Source: Dendrobates tinctorius (taxonomy: Eukaryota). Taken from it: a stretch of DNA of 64,000 nucleotides. The position numbers were made by a program, and so were the translations under genes. This document shows, piece after piece, positions 13,925 through 25,400 of the stretch. Location: positions 7,006,001-7,070,000 of the forward strand of contig NW_027361763.1 in NCBI RefSeq assembly GCF_039654945.1. The letters are read 5' to 3'. How positions within the stretch are numbered: position 1 is the first letter of the stretch; each line of letters begins with the position of its first letter. Under the pieces are notes generated by a model, which saw only the letters and a program-made list of their open reading frames with translations, searched no databases and was not told the DNA's origin.

Positions 13925-15049
13925 TCAGAGAGCCGCGGTTCCCACGCTGTCAAAAGACAGCGTGAGTGCTCAGCTTTGATCGGAGGTATAAAGTTTGTGA
14001 CAACAGCGTGAACACCATGGGAAATTTTCCCACAGCGCTCACATTGAAATCAGAAAGGTGAAGTGAGTTCATTGGCCATGAACTCACAAGACCTGTCTGA
14101 TGGCACCGTGAGCAGAAGAACATTTCCACAATCGCTGTGCCCTCAGACCGGGAATAGCAGTTCACAGGCCGAAACTGACCACACGGTGCGCAGTGCCAGC
14201 TGGATGACAGGCTGCATGGTCACATCATGCATCCATGCAGCTGCCATCTAGATGTAGCAGAGCTGGGCCCATCATGAGACAAATGGATTAAAAGCATCTC
14301 TGCGGAAAGGTGAGGCATATTATTTTTTACCTCTTTTGCAGATGATGAGTGCATTGGGGGAATAGGCGAGGTCATAAGTATGATTTAATTAAGATTATTA
14401 AAGGAGTCTGTGTCTTTCTTTCAATTAAAGAACTTTTTTCTGGGCGTCTGTGTTTTCATACATTGTGACTACAGGGTTAGTAATGGGGGTGTCTTCTTGA
14501 CGCCTCTCCATTACTAACCTCAGAGTTTGATGTCACCTGACAATACAAATGTGGCATCAACCGCCTCCAACTATCACCCCACTTGCAACTGCTACAGGGC
14601 CAGTGGGAATATTGAGGTTAAGTTCAGAATTAGCACATCTAAGAGATGCGACTTTTCTGGGGTGGCTGAGAGCTGGTGTTTTTAGCTTGAGGGGAGTATC
14701 CATGGCCCTATCGTTGGCTATTAATGACAGCCCCTAGCTGTCTGCATAGCCTTTGCTGGTTGCTAATTATAGGGGGACCCAACATCATCTTTTTTAGGGT
14801 CCCCCATTTTAATAGCCAGTAAAGGCTAAGTATACTGCTGTGAGCTGATATTAATAGTACGGGAAGCTCCATGGGTATTACCCCCTTCCCAGGCTATAAA
14901 CATCTGCCCCCTGCCATCGGCTTTCTCTCTGCTGGTTACGAAAATTACATGGGAGCCCACGCCATTTTTTTTCAGAAAAATAATCTTTTATTAATTAAAT
15001 ACATGTATAATAAGCTGCACACACACACTGCACTATTTGTGTTTTTTTT

Positions 15050-17064
15050 GGGACTCCACCTCCTTTTGGGCTACCACCCCGGTTTGGGCCACCGCCCCCT
15101 TCCGGGATATCCCCATGTCCGTTATACCGGTCTTCTCAGACCACAGTTCACACAACACAGTTTATGTCTTTTAACAATACCACACAAGTCCTTGCTGGCA
15201 CACCACAGCTCCTGCTGTCACCGATCACCGACACCACCAGCTGCTGTTCACACACAGCAGCTGGTGTCCTCTTCGTAACCCCGCCGAGTTACAGGAAGCT
15301 GCTTGTCCTCTTTGTAAAACCGCCGAGTTACAGGAAGCTGCTTGTCACCTTCTTGACTCCCACTGAGCCACCGCAGGCTGAGTTGAGAAATGAAGAAAAA
15401 AAAACACACCACAAAAAAACTCACGTGTCCTGTCTGTGTGCTATTCGGGATGTACCGTCTCCACCTGAGACCGTCCAACAAACAGGGCAGACCGGGTGAT
15501 ATTCAGGGAGCCGACCCTCCTCCCAGGGTTTCCCAACACACCGGCTACACCAACACACCACACAAAACTCACGTGTCCTGTCTGTGTGTTATTCATGACG
15601 TTCCATCTCCACCTGAGACCGTCCAACACACAGGGCGCACCGGGTGCTATTCAGGGAGCAGCCCTCCTCCCAGGGTTCCCCAACACACCGGCCTCACCAG
15701 GTCCAGGGGCTTAGCGGGTGCTCTTCAGGACATCCATCTCCTCCTGAGACAGCCCAACACTCATGCCTCACCAGGTCCAAGGTCATACCACGTGCTCCAG
15801 GGATCTAATTCTTCTCCCAGAACCTCCCAACACTGACCCTCCAGGACCTTGCTCACTGAACCCTCCAGGTACACAGTCTTTTCCCACTGACCAAGGTCAG
15901 TACCACACGAACACCAGTCCGTTACCTGTGTCAGCCACACAGGTCCTCGGGTACCTCTTCTCCACAGAGGCACCCTATCAATCACCAGTCTTTCTCACTG
16001 ACTCCGGTCAGTACAACATGGTTTTCATGACCGTCACCTGCTGGTCGCGTAGGTTCTCGGACCCCTCTACTGCAGAGTTATCCTATAAGTCTCTTTCTCC
16101 TGGGGAAACGGCCGCACAGGGCTCACCGATCCGGAGAGTGCCTTACTCACTAGGCCGCCCCACGGTTCCAGAACCACAGACGGGCAGTGGCTTCCCCAAC
16201 CGTCAGCCTTCCTGGCTCAGTGTCGCCCTTAGCAATCAACTTTGCAGTCCTCTTCTGTTGCTCCCAGCAACAAGGCTACAACATTGCCCATAGCTTTCTC
16301 CACCAAATGTGAGGTAGCGCTGTCATCTAAGTAGGGGATACTCGCTCAGCGGCCACAAAACCAGATCCGGCACAGGGTTTTCATAAACCATAACACAGTC
16401 AATGAGGTTTATTCAGCAGCATAAAACCATAGAAGCAACATACAGTTCTCATACCAGCATAGCGTCCCTTATAGCTTCACTCTGGTTATCCTGTTATCAC
16501 AAAGGTTAAGCAAATGTCCAGCATACAGGCTCTTCAGCCTCAGCGTTATCTCACCCACGTCAGGGTCACTCATGGTTCCTTCACCATCATGCAGCAGACG
16601 TCCAGGCACTTGCAGCCATTAACACAGCGTTCACTTGCTGTCAGAAGGCAGCCCCATCTCACTTAGATGGGACCTTCCACACTGGACCAACCAGGTCCCA
16701 GCATTCACCACCTGTGACCTACCCTGGCCACATTATATGGTTCATAGCCACGCCCACCCGGTCACATGACTCTGACCTCATCACAGGTCCTTCAAGCACT
16801 TACACACTCTTTACAACAGTGCTTTAAACACACCTCCTGGGTGGGTTTGTAGGTAACCAGGCCACCCATCTCTCTAGCTACCTGGAGACTTCTCCCTTAC
16901 ACATTGAAACAACACCTCAGCAATATCATTGCTGAACAAGACATAAGTCTCCATCCCAAAGCCACCCACTTTGGGATACATAATGGCCATTCCGTATTCT
17001 GCCATTCATCCTTTCTCCTGGGACATCCACACAGCGCCCCCTAGCAGACTCAGTGGTTACTACA
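15050..17064 (-). mobile_element. Non-coding LTR retroelement: 5' LTR 16308-17064 plus ~1.25 kb internal region; 3' LTR missing
   Basis: LTR bounded by TGT...ACA. On the minus strand it is followed by TT-TGGTGGAGAAAG (PBS-like) and ends near a purine run AAAAGGAGGTGGAG (15054-15067, PPT-like). No gag/pol motifs. Confidence 0.65.
16294..16305 (-). promoter_or_regulatory. Primer-binding site, probably tRNA-Ala
   Basis: TGGTGGAGA, 2 nt after the LTR end, is complementary to the ...UCUCCACCA 3' end of tRNA-Ala. Confidence 0.6.
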
Positions 17065-17093
17065 CCACAACACCACAATATATATATATATAT

Positions 17094-17752
17094 TTTAAGG
17101 TAGCGCTGTCATTCAAGGTTGGGGACACTCGCTTGACAGCCAAATAATCAGATCCGGCACGGGTTTTCCATAAAACAATAACAGTCCATGCGGTTTATTC
17201 AGGCATCATAAACCATGACCAGCAACATAAAGTTCATATAAACAGCATAGTGTCCATGACAGAGCTCCACTCTGTTAATTAAGCCTGTACTAACACAGGT
17301 TATGCAATGTCCATGCACACAGGCACTCAGGAAGGCTTGCACATCTTCCAGCGAGACCTTCCAAATGGACCAACCGGGTACCAGCATTCTCCCATGTGAC
17401 CTACCCTGGCCACCTTATATGGTCCGTAGCCACGCCCACCGGGTCACATGGCTATGACCTCATCACAGGTCCTACAAGCATTCATACATTCGTTACTATG
17501 GCGTTCTAGCCACACCCCTGGGTGGAATTGTAGGTAGCTGGTTCCGCCCGTCTCACCAGCTACCTGGAACGCTCTCCCTGACACAGTGTAACAGAAGCTC
17601 AGCAGTACCTCTGCTGACCAACACACATGTTCAAGCTTCCATCCCAAGGCCACCCACCTTGAGATACATAACGGTCATTCAATATCTTGCCACTCATCCT
17701 CTCTCCTGGGACACCCACACAGGGCCCCCTAGCGGACACAGTGGTCACTACA
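17094..17752 (-). mobile_element. Second LTR of the same family
   Basis: Colinear with 16308-17064 (AGGTAGCGCTGTCAT...CAGATCCGGCAC...GACCTACCCTGGCCAC...CAGTGGTCACTACA); flanked by (TA)n. Confidence 0.75.
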
Positions 17753-17753
17753 C

Positions 17754-17756
<3 letters not shown>

Positions 17757-17809
<53 letters not shown>

Positions 17810-17830
17810 GTTTATATATATATATATATA
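17757..17830. repeat. (TA)n microsatellite
   Basis: Seen directly; further (TA)n at 17078-17093 and 30436-30470. Confidence 0.95.
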
Positions 17831-17933
17831 AATAGTGTTGAGCATTCCGATACTTAGTTCCGATACTTTTTTCATATCGAATACCGGAATCGGAAGTTCC
17901 CATAATGCTAGGAGCCCGCTCGATTTGATTCAG

Positions 17934-18044
17934 CCAATGGGGATCCTCAGAAGTGTGGGCATATCCTGTTAGGCATGTAGGCATGTTAACTACTGGCATG
18001 GCTGTGATTGGCTGCTGAAATGATGTCATGATGCACTATAAAAA
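17934..18044 (+). promoter_or_regulatory. Putative Pol II promoter of the hAT transposase
   Basis: CCAAT (17934), inverted CCAAT (ATTGG, 18007) and TATAAAAA (18037), pointing toward the transposase. Motif evidence only. Confidence 0.5.
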
Positions 18045-19050
18045 GCGCTGCAGCCACCATTTCTGGTCACTCTGCTGTGAATTCAGTTAGGGACAGGCTG
18101 CTGTTGAAGACTGTGAGGGACAGTTAGAAATAGCGATTCTAAAAACAATATTGTGCTTTATCCAGGCTACATAAACCACCACTGTAGCTTGTTTTTCCCT
18201 AGCAGCGCTGTTTTCACAGCTGTCTGCAAGGGCTGTGTGAGTGCAGACCCACGCTGTGTAGTGTGTCCTGCAGGCACGTCTGCTTGTAGGCCGGCCAGCG
18301 TGTGTCTCTGCCTCATACACATTTTTCTTTTATTGCTGCTTTTTTTTTCTCCTGTATAGTGTGCTTCCATACGTATCCATATACGTTGGTTGCAAACACT
18401 AAAGGAGTGGACAGCGGAGCCTTTCAGCAGCCTTTCAGTGCTATAGCCCATTTCTCTGCACTGTTTTTGGCTGTCTGATAGGTCTCTCTGTGTGTGAGTG
18501 CAGCTCACGTTGCAGTGAGTTCTACAGCCACCGCTAGCTGTAGTCCGCTCAGCGTGCGTCACTGCCTCATACATAGTCCTTTTTTTGCAGCAAATTTAGC
18601 CAGATTTTTGCTCCTATATTAGTGTGCTTCCAACCGCATCCATTGTCATTGGTTGGTTGCAAACACTATATAGGATTAGATAGAGGAGCCTTTTTGCTGG
18701 CTTGTGCCCTTCAGGGCCAGCCAGGCTAGTATCACCCTATTTTTTGGAGCCTCATCAATTGCATTGTAGGTTAGCTTCCTGCATTGTAATCGCTCCAAAA
18801 AGTTTGTGATACTATAGCTTTCAAACTTTGGTCACATCCTTTCCTTTCCCCCCACCCAAAAAAAAAGGAAATAAAGTTCACCAAACACTCCACTTTACAG
18901 TTGTCTAGGCCACATTAGATCATATTAAAGTGTAGTACACACACTCTTAGCCAAATTAGTGTTTCTTATACTGGTTAGCAGGTGTTCAGGAATAAGAACA
19001 CTAAGCCACCACTTTTTTACTTTTCTGCCTATCTTTATCAGTCTACCAAG

Positions 19051-22000
19051 ATGAAGAAGGCAGGGAGTAAGGCACGTGGTCGTGGCCGTGGAGTTTCAGC
19101 AGGGAGAGGACGGGGGGATTCAGCAGGGAGAGGACGTGGGGATTCGGTATCTGCTGTGGCCACCAGTGACCCGGCATCCCCCACTTTTACCAGGCAACAG
19201 TCCTTCATGCGCAGCTTTGTAGGACCTCGCCGTACCCCACTGCTGCGTGACGAACAAATTGAAGCCGTTGTCGGATGGATGGCAGCTAACGCATCCACTT
19301 CAATGACTTCCGCATCCTCCCAAGGCCAGAGCACTGAAGAGCAACCATCTGTCTCTTCACCACCTGCCAAATTGCCCAGGCAGTCTGAGAGCCCTGGACA
19401 GGAGCCATCTCAATCTTTACTTCTGTTCTCAGAATCTGTTGGCTTGGAAAGAGGTGGCCAGCCAAGCAGCATTCTAGAGCATGAAGAAGAGGGAGTATGC
19501 AGTGATGTGCAACTGCTTTGTCCCTCTGAATCTGAAGAGGCGGGTGGGCCAGTGCCTATGGTCAGCACACCTCAGTATGCATCAGATGATGATGAGACTC
19601 AGTTGCCAATTTCTGGTGCGTACTGTGCTGGCGAGACAACCCAGGACCAGCCGGTGCTTGAAGAGGGGAGTGGAGATGATGAGGTCCTTGACCCGTCATG
19701 GCGTCAGCCACAGGAAGGTGGTGGGAGCAGCTCTGAGGAAGAGATTCCCCGAACGGCCAAAAGAGGAGGGAGAGGGCGGGGGCAGACTTGGTTGCCTGTA
19801 GCCTCCACTTTGGCACCCATGAGGAGAAATCCTCTTCCAAAACACAAAACGGGCGCTCCCAGGACTTGCAGTGCGTGGTCTTTTTTTGACACAGTTGCAG
19901 ATGACATTTGCTTTGTCAAATGCAAGCTGTGTCATCAGAAAGTGAAACGAGACAAAAAATGTGACCAACCTCAATACCACAAATATGTGGAAACATGTGC
20001 GTACCAAGCACGAGGTGGAGTTACACAGACACACTGAAGATGTAGGCCAACCTTCAGCAGCACCTACCACCTCTTCAGCTCGTGTTGGGGCCTCTTCCTC
20101 CAGCTCACACAGAGCTGGTTCGGCTTCCTCACTGGAACGCCATGGAAGAACCACTGCCACTGTTGTCCAGAGACCCAGTGAAATTCCACCCACTGAACCA
20201 CGTTCGCAGTCATCAGCACCCTCCCAGGCCACTCACCAGCAATCGGTAGCACAGGCATGGGAGAAAAAGCGGCCATACTCGGCAAACCATCCCCGAGCAC
20301 TGGCTCTGAATGCCGGCATTGCCAAACTACTGGCCCTTGAGATGCTGTCATTCAGGCTGGTGGAGACTGACACATTCCGGAACTTTATGGCAGTTCCACA
20401 ATACAATGTGCCCAGCTGCTTTTATTTCAGCAGGCAAGCTGTCCCTGCCCTGCAAAAGCATGTGGAGGGAAAAATTAAAAGTGCGCTACTAAATGCCGTC
20501 AGTAGCAAGGTCCACCTGACCACCGATGCGTGGACCAGTAGCCATGGACAGGGACGATACCTTTCCCTCACTGCCCATTGGGTCAATGTTGTGGAGCCGG
20601 GTACAGATCTGGAGAGTGGCTCTGTACGTATTCTGCCAACTCCAAGGATTGCAGGAATGCAGTCTGTACATATTGAGTCCTCCTCCTACTCTAGTTCCTC
20701 GGAATCAGCACTGCGTGAGCCTGTTAGGCCAGATATGAGCACAGGTGTGGCCAAACGTCAACAGGCCATCCTTAAATTAATTTCTTTGGGGAATCGGAGC
20801 CACACAGCACCGGAGCTCTGGAATGCCATCAAGCAGGAGAGCGATGTGTGGTTTGTGCTAGCGAATCTCCAGCCAGGTTTGGTAGTGAGTGACAATGGCC
20901 AAAATCTAGTGGCAGCTCTGGGCCTAGGCAACCTCACTCACATACCATGTCTGGCACACGTGCTCAATTTGGTCGTGCAGAGCTTTCTGAGGGACTATCC
21001 GGATCTTGATGCACTGCTGCACAAGGTTCGCCTAGAGTGTGCTCACTTGCGGCGTTCCAGCATGGCAAGATCGCGCATTGCATCTCTGCAACGCCGATTC
21101 CGCCTGCCAGAACATCGCATCATATGTGACCTCCCCACCAGGTGGAATTCAACGTTACATATGTTGGAGCGGTTGTGTGAGCAGCAGGCAGCAGTAATGG
21201 AGTACCAGCTGCATCAGGCGCAAACAAGTCGCACTGTGCGCCGGACACACTTCACCACCACTGAGTGGGCCACTATGAGGGACATCTGCCAAGTTTTGCG
21301 TGCCTTCGATGACTCCACGCGGATGGCCAGTGCAGATGATGCACTAATCAGCATGACTGTCCCCCTCATCTGTCTGCTTCAAAAAACCTTACAAGCACTA
21401 AGTGAAGAGGTTTTTGAAGAGGTCGAGGATGAGCAGTCAGAAATGCCATCTGTTTCTGGCAAGTCTGCGCAACGTGCTTCCACACAAAGGCCAAGGCAGG
21501 GGACACTTAGTGAGGAGGATGACGAGGAGTCAATGGAGGAGGAGGAACACATCTCTCCAGAGGAGGGAGGTACACAAGGCTCTAGTAGTCAGTGTGTACA
21601 GCGAGGGTGGGGTGATGCTGAGCAGGCAGAGATGCTGCCTCAAGCTGGGGACAGCGTTTCCGGTCCAGTTGGCAGTCTGCAGCACATGGTTGATTTCATG
21701 CTGCAGTGCTTGTTAAATGACCGCCGCATCGCCAACATTCTCCACACGGCTGATTATTGGGTGTACACCCTCCTAGATCCTCGCTACCAGGACAACTTAC
21801 AAAGCCTCATACCACAGTTGAACCGGGAGCGAAAAATGCGGGAGTACCAAGAAACACTTGTGCAGGCCATCATGTTCTCCATTCCCCCCACAAGTGTTGC
21901 TGGTAGTGCTTTTCAAAGCAGCCATGTGGGTAGAGGCAGTGGAGGAAGCTCTGCACAAAGAGGTAGCAGAGGCAGTGCCGCAGGACAAGGCAAGGCCAGT

Positions 22001-22384
22001 ATGGCCCAAATGTGGAAAAGTTTTGTGGGACCGCCACAAACGGCTACACCATCACAGATGGCTCCAGTCAGCAGGAGGCAACGTTTCCGTCAGATGGTGA
22101 CAGACTACTTGTCGTGCCCTGTTAGTGTTCTCCCAGACGGCTCTTCCCCGTTCAAGTATTGGGACTCTAAGCTGGATACATGGCCAGAGCTTAGCCAGTA
22201 TGCATTGGAGGTGCTGGCTTGCCCTGCTGCCAGTGTATTATCGGAACGTGTCTTTAGTGCTGCAGGTGGTGTGGTAACAGACCGTCGCACGCGACTATCC
22301 GCCGATAATGTTGACCGGCTTACTTTTGTGAAAATGAACAAGGCCTGGATCTCACCTGAATTTGCCAGTCCTCTTCCAGAATAA
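19051..22384 (+). pseudogene. hAT transposase (ZBED4/ZBED6-like: BED finger, DDE core, dimerisation domain), 1110 aa if one frameshift is repaired
   Basis: BED finger SAWSFF...CKLC...NLNTTNMWKHVRTKH is split by one extra A in the A6 run at 19954-19959. Intact motifs HLTTDAW (D), VSDNG (D), CLAH (CxxH), TRWNS and SERVFS (E); N-terminal RG repeats. Confidence 0.92.
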
Positions 22385-22432
22385 ATAATTGGCTGGCAAC
22401 AGGATCCAGGTCTCCTGTTGTGTTCATGTTTC
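22380..22432 (+). terminator. Putative polyadenylation signal overlapping the transposase stop codon
   Basis: AATAAA at 22380-22385 includes the TAA stop; GT-rich TGTTGTGTTCATGTTT follows about 30 nt downstream. Confidence 0.45.
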
Positions 22433-22439
22433 TATGACC

Positions 22440-25400
22440 TGAACTTTATTTCCTGGGCTACAGCAACGCCCGTTGTTGATCAGAAGTGCTGTCCGCACAG
22501 ACAAAACACTCGCTCATGTGTAAGTGGGGTTCGGTAACGTCAGCTGATCCCCTGCTGTGTGTACGGCAAACTCTCCTGCTGCCTACAACTTCTGACTACC
22601 TCTGATTTAATATGTTCTCTGATTTGCCCTCTGTCTCCACTCTGTTTTGAGTATTTCCTCCGGCCTACAACACCGCCTCTTTCTGCTCTCAAGTGCCGTC
22701 TGTACAATCCACACTTGATCCTGTGGTACCTGGGTCCTGTAACATCTGCTCATCTCCAGAGTTGAGCACGGCAATGTCTCCTACTTTGTCTACATTCCCA
22801 CTACTTGTAGTGGAAATGTGGACAGAGCAGGAGACATTGCCTGACTCACCTCTAGGGAGAAGCTGCTGTTACAGAACCCCAGTAACACAGGAACAAGTGT
22901 GGGTTGTGCAGACAGCATTTCAGAGCAGCAACTGACGTGGTTGGAAGCCAGTGGAAATACTCGAAACAGAGTGGAGACAGAGGCCTAATTGGATTACGTT
23001 GACAGTTAGTAGTAGTCTAGAAACAATCGCAAACTGCCACCAATTAGGCCTCGGCCTACTACCTGATTTTCCCTGGGCTCCGACACCGCCAGTTGGTGCT
23101 CAGAAGTGCTGTCCGCACAGACAAAACACTCGATCATGTGTAAGTGGGGTTCGGTAACGTCAGCTGATCCCCTGCTGTGTGTATGGCAAAGTGTCCTGCT
23201 CCCTCCACAGTCAAACAACCTCAGATTTACACCTGGCTCCAAGTAGGCCTCGGCCTACTACCTCATTTTCCCTGGGCTCCGACAACGCCAGTTGGTGCTC
23301 GGAAGTGCTGTCCGCACAGACAAAACACTCGCTCATGTGTAAGTGGGGTTCGGTAACGTCAGCTGATCCCCTGCTGTGTGGAGGGCAAAGTGTCCTGCTC
23401 CCTCCAAAGTCAAAATACCTCAGCTTTACACCGGGCTCCTAGTAGGCCTCGGCCTGCACCCTGGTTCTCCCTGGGCTCCAACAACGCTAGTTGGTGCTCG
23501 GAAGTGCTGTCCACACAGAAAAACACACTCGTTCATGTGAAAGTGGGGTTCAGTAACGTCAGCTGCTCCCCTGCTGTGTGGAGGGCAAACTGCTGCTGCC
23601 TCCAAATTGTAACTACTTCAGATTTAAACATTCTCTGATTTGGCCTCTGTCTCCACTCTGTCTCTAGTATTTCCCCTAACCTCCAACACCGCCAGTTCCT
23701 GCTCACAGTCGCCGTCCACGAATTCCACACGTGTTCCTGTGTTACTGGGGTTCTGTAACATCAGCAGATCCCCCAATATGTGTCCGCCACTGTCTCCTGC
23801 GCTGTCCACCTTCCCACTGCAAGCGGTGGGAAGGTGGACAGAGCAGGAGACAGTGGCAGACACACATCAGGGGATCTGCTGACATTACAGAATCCCAGTA
23901 ACACAGCAACACGTGTGGATTGGGCAGACGGCTACTGTACGCATAAACTGGCGGTGTTGGTAGTCACGTGAAATCCTGGAAACAGAGTGGAGACAGATGC
24001 CTAATTGGAGCACGTTGACAGTCTGTTGTAGCCTACAAACACTGTTAAACTGCCACCAAGTAGGCCTCGGCCTGCACCCTGGTTCTCCCTGGGCTCCAAC
24101 AATGCTAGTTGGTGCTCAGAAGTGCTGTCCACACAGAAAAACACACTCGGTCATGTGAAAGTGGGGGTCAGTAACGTCAGCTGATCCCCTGCTGTGTGGA
24201 GGGCAAAGTGTCCTGCTCCCTCCAAAGTCAAAATACCTCTGCTTTACACCTCGCACCTAGTAGGCCTCGGCCTGCACCATGATTGTCCCTGGGTTCCAAC
24301 AATGCTAGTTGGTGCTCGGAAGTGCTGTCCACACAGAAAAACACACTCGTTCATGTGAAAGTGGGGTCAGTAACGTCAGCTGCTCCCCTGCTGTGTGGAG
24401 GGCAAACTGCTGCTGCCTCCAAATTGTAACTACTTCAGATTTAAACATTCTCTGATTTGGCCTCTGTCTCCACTCTGTCTCTAGTATTTCCCCTGACCTC
24501 CAACACCGCCAGTTCCTGCTCACAGTTGCCGTCCACGCATTCCACACGTGTTCCTGTGCTACTGGGGTTCTGTTACGTCAGCAGATCCCCCAATATGTGT
24601 CCGCCACTGTCTCCTGCGCTGTCCACCTTCCCACTGCAAGCGGTGGGAATGTGGACAGAGCAGGAGACAGTGGCAGACACACATCAGGGGATCTGCTGAC
24701 ATTACAGAATCCCAGTAACACAGCAACACGTGTGGATTGGGCAGACGGCTACTGTACGCATAAACTGGCGGTGTTGGTAGTCACGTGAAATCCTGGAAAC
24801 AGAGTGGAGACAGATGCCTAATTGGAGCACGTTGACAGTCTGTTGTAGCCTACAAACAATCTAAAACTGCCACCAAGTAGGCCTCGGCCTGCACCCTGGT
24901 TCTCCCTGGGCTCCAACAATGCTAGTTGGTGCTCAGAAGTGCTGTCCACACAGAAAAACACACTCGTTCATGTGAAAGTGGGGGTCAGTAACGTCAGCTG
25001 ATCCCCTGCTGTGTGGAGGGCAAAGTGTCCTGCTTCCTCCAAAGTCAAAATACCTCAGCTTTACACCTGGCTCCTAGTAGGCCTCGGCCTGCACCCTGGT
25101 TCTCCCTGGGCTCCAACAACGCTAGTTGGTGCTTGGAAGTGCTGTCCACACAGAAAAATACACTCGTTCATGTGAAAGTGGGGTTCAGTAACGTCAGCTG
25201 ATCCCCTGCTGTGTGGAGGGCAAACTGCTACTGCCTCCAAATTCAAACAACGTCTTATCTTAAACTGCCTCCAAGTAGGCCTCAGCCTACAAAATGACTA
25301 TCCCTGGGCTCCAACATCGTCAGTTGTTGCTCGGAAGTGCCGTCCATACAGAAAAACACACTCGTTCATGTGAAAGTGGGGTTCAGTAACGTCAGCTGCT

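Noticed and set aside
14230-15035. Probable interspersed repeat fragment
   Set aside because: Looks repeat-like (internal dyads), but I could not define termini or class.
19951-19963. Programmed ribosomal frameshift joining the two hAT ORFs
   Set aside because: It needs a +1 shift in an A-run inside the BED finger; a simple indel or sequencing error is more likely.
19051-22384. Host gene ZBED6/ZBED4
   Set aside because: Lies between TIRs with an exact 8-bp TSD, has one BED finger and a frameshift: a transposon copy, not a domesticated gene.
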